Positions 63,199 through 64,000 of a stretch of 64,000 nucleotides of DNA are shown here, one piece after another; the first letter of the stretch is position 1, and the number at the start of each line of letters is the position of its first letter. A program made the translations under genes and the position numbers. A model generated the notes under the pieces. That model had not been told where the DNA came from. It ran no database searches and worked only from the letters and a program-made list of their open reading frames with translations. The DNA is from Planctomycetota bacterium (GTDB taxonomy: Bacteria > Planctomycetota > SZUA-567 > H5-PLA8). Location: NCBI GenBank assembly GCA_038227875.1, contig JBBRPR010000023.1, forward strand, positions 1 through 64,000. Direction: 5' to 3'.

Positions 63199-64000
63199 AT
63201 GTTTGAAACCCTCTTCAAGTATCCGCTCGATTTTTACCGCAAAGGCGAAGTGGGCTTCGCGACGCACATGCCGACGGAAGTTCGGCTGCTGCTGATCGTC
63301 GCCGCGGGCGTCGTCGCATTCCTGCTCTACCGCAAGACCAGCGTCGGCCTGGCGCCCGCGCGCCGCTGGATGCTCACCGGCCTGCGCGTTGCCACGCTGG
63401 CAATCCTGCTGGTCATGGTCTTCATCCCGACGCTGCGCATCCCGAAACTCAAAAGCGAAGAAACGTTCGTCGCGGTGATGCTCGACGCCACGCGCAGCAT
63501 GACCATCGACGACTCGGCCAAAGGCGGCACGCGCTTCGATGCCGCGCGCAACGTCATTGTCACCGACAAGGGCACTGGCCTGGCCAGCGACTTGAACACG
63601 GACTTCGCTGTGCGCCTCTTCAGCTTCGGCGACACGTCCAAGCGCACCAACGATCTCCGTTCGATCAACGCCGACGGCGAACGCACGAATCTCTTCCGCT
63701 CGATCCGCGACGTCGCTCAGGAAATGCGCGGCGTCTCACTGGCTGCCGTGGTCATGCTCACCGACGGCGGCAATAACGCCGCCGGTCAGCCGCTGGAAAT
63801 GGCGCAGTTCCTCAAGACGCAGAACATCAAGCTCTACACCGTCGGTTTCGGCAGCCCCAATCCCCCCAAAGACTACGAAGTCGTCCGCGTCGCCGTCCCG
63901 CGCAAGGTCCGCCGCAATTCGCAGGTCGAAGCCTTCGCCACCGTCCGCTGCACCGGCTACACTGTGCCGTTCACCGTCTTCCTGCGCCAAGGCGAAGCCA
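63199..64000 (+). CDS. Membrane VWA-domain protein, 3'-truncated by window end
   Basis: Open frame MFETLFKYP...LRVATLAILL...VMLDATRSM...MLTDG...YTVGFG. Absent from the supplied ORF track because it has no stop. Confidence 0.88.
   Translation, partial: MFETLFKYPLDFYRKGEVGFATHMPTEVRLLLIVAAGVVAFLLYRKTSVGLAPARRWMLTGLRVATLAILLVMVFIPTLRIPKLKSEETFVAVMLDATRSMTIDDSAKGGTRFDAARNVIVTDKGTGLASDLNTDFAVRLFSFGDTSKRTNDLRSINADGERTNLFRSIRDVAQEMRGVSLAAVVMLTDGGNNAAGQPLEMAQFLKTQNIKLYTVGFGSPNPPKDYEVVRVAVPRKVRRNSQVEAFATVRCTGYTVPFTVFLRQGEA

Overview
A GC-rich bacterial chromosomal window. It is most consistent with a Planctomycetota-like organism (inference from ECF sigma with a long C-terminal extension, eukaryote-like Ser/Thr kinases, short PheT, and a MoxR/DUF58/BatA/DUF4159 cluster). 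Left end: a probable c-di-GMP/biofilm locus (PilZ-MshEN-like protein, 2.2-kaa beta-helical adhesin, GT2 glucan synthase with PilZ plus HlyD-like partner). Middle: signalling and housekeeping genes (two MshEN-like Ser/Thr kinases, radical SAM, YacG, M16-like protein, PhoH, ygfA, pheT, pheS, rplT, rpmI) and a REP-bordered accessory stretch with small hypotheticals and gene remnants. Right end: an S9 peptidase, a solo pilin, a sigma54 activator with a divergent ferredoxin, and a MoxR x2-DUF58-BatA/VWA-large coiled-coil-VWA operon that runs off the window. The most striking non-genic signal is several distinct 7-mer tandem-repeat families, often arranged as long inverted arms, in many intergenic spacers. 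I saw no tRNA, rRNA, CRISPR array or transposase. All family assignments come from motif recognition by eye, without database searches.
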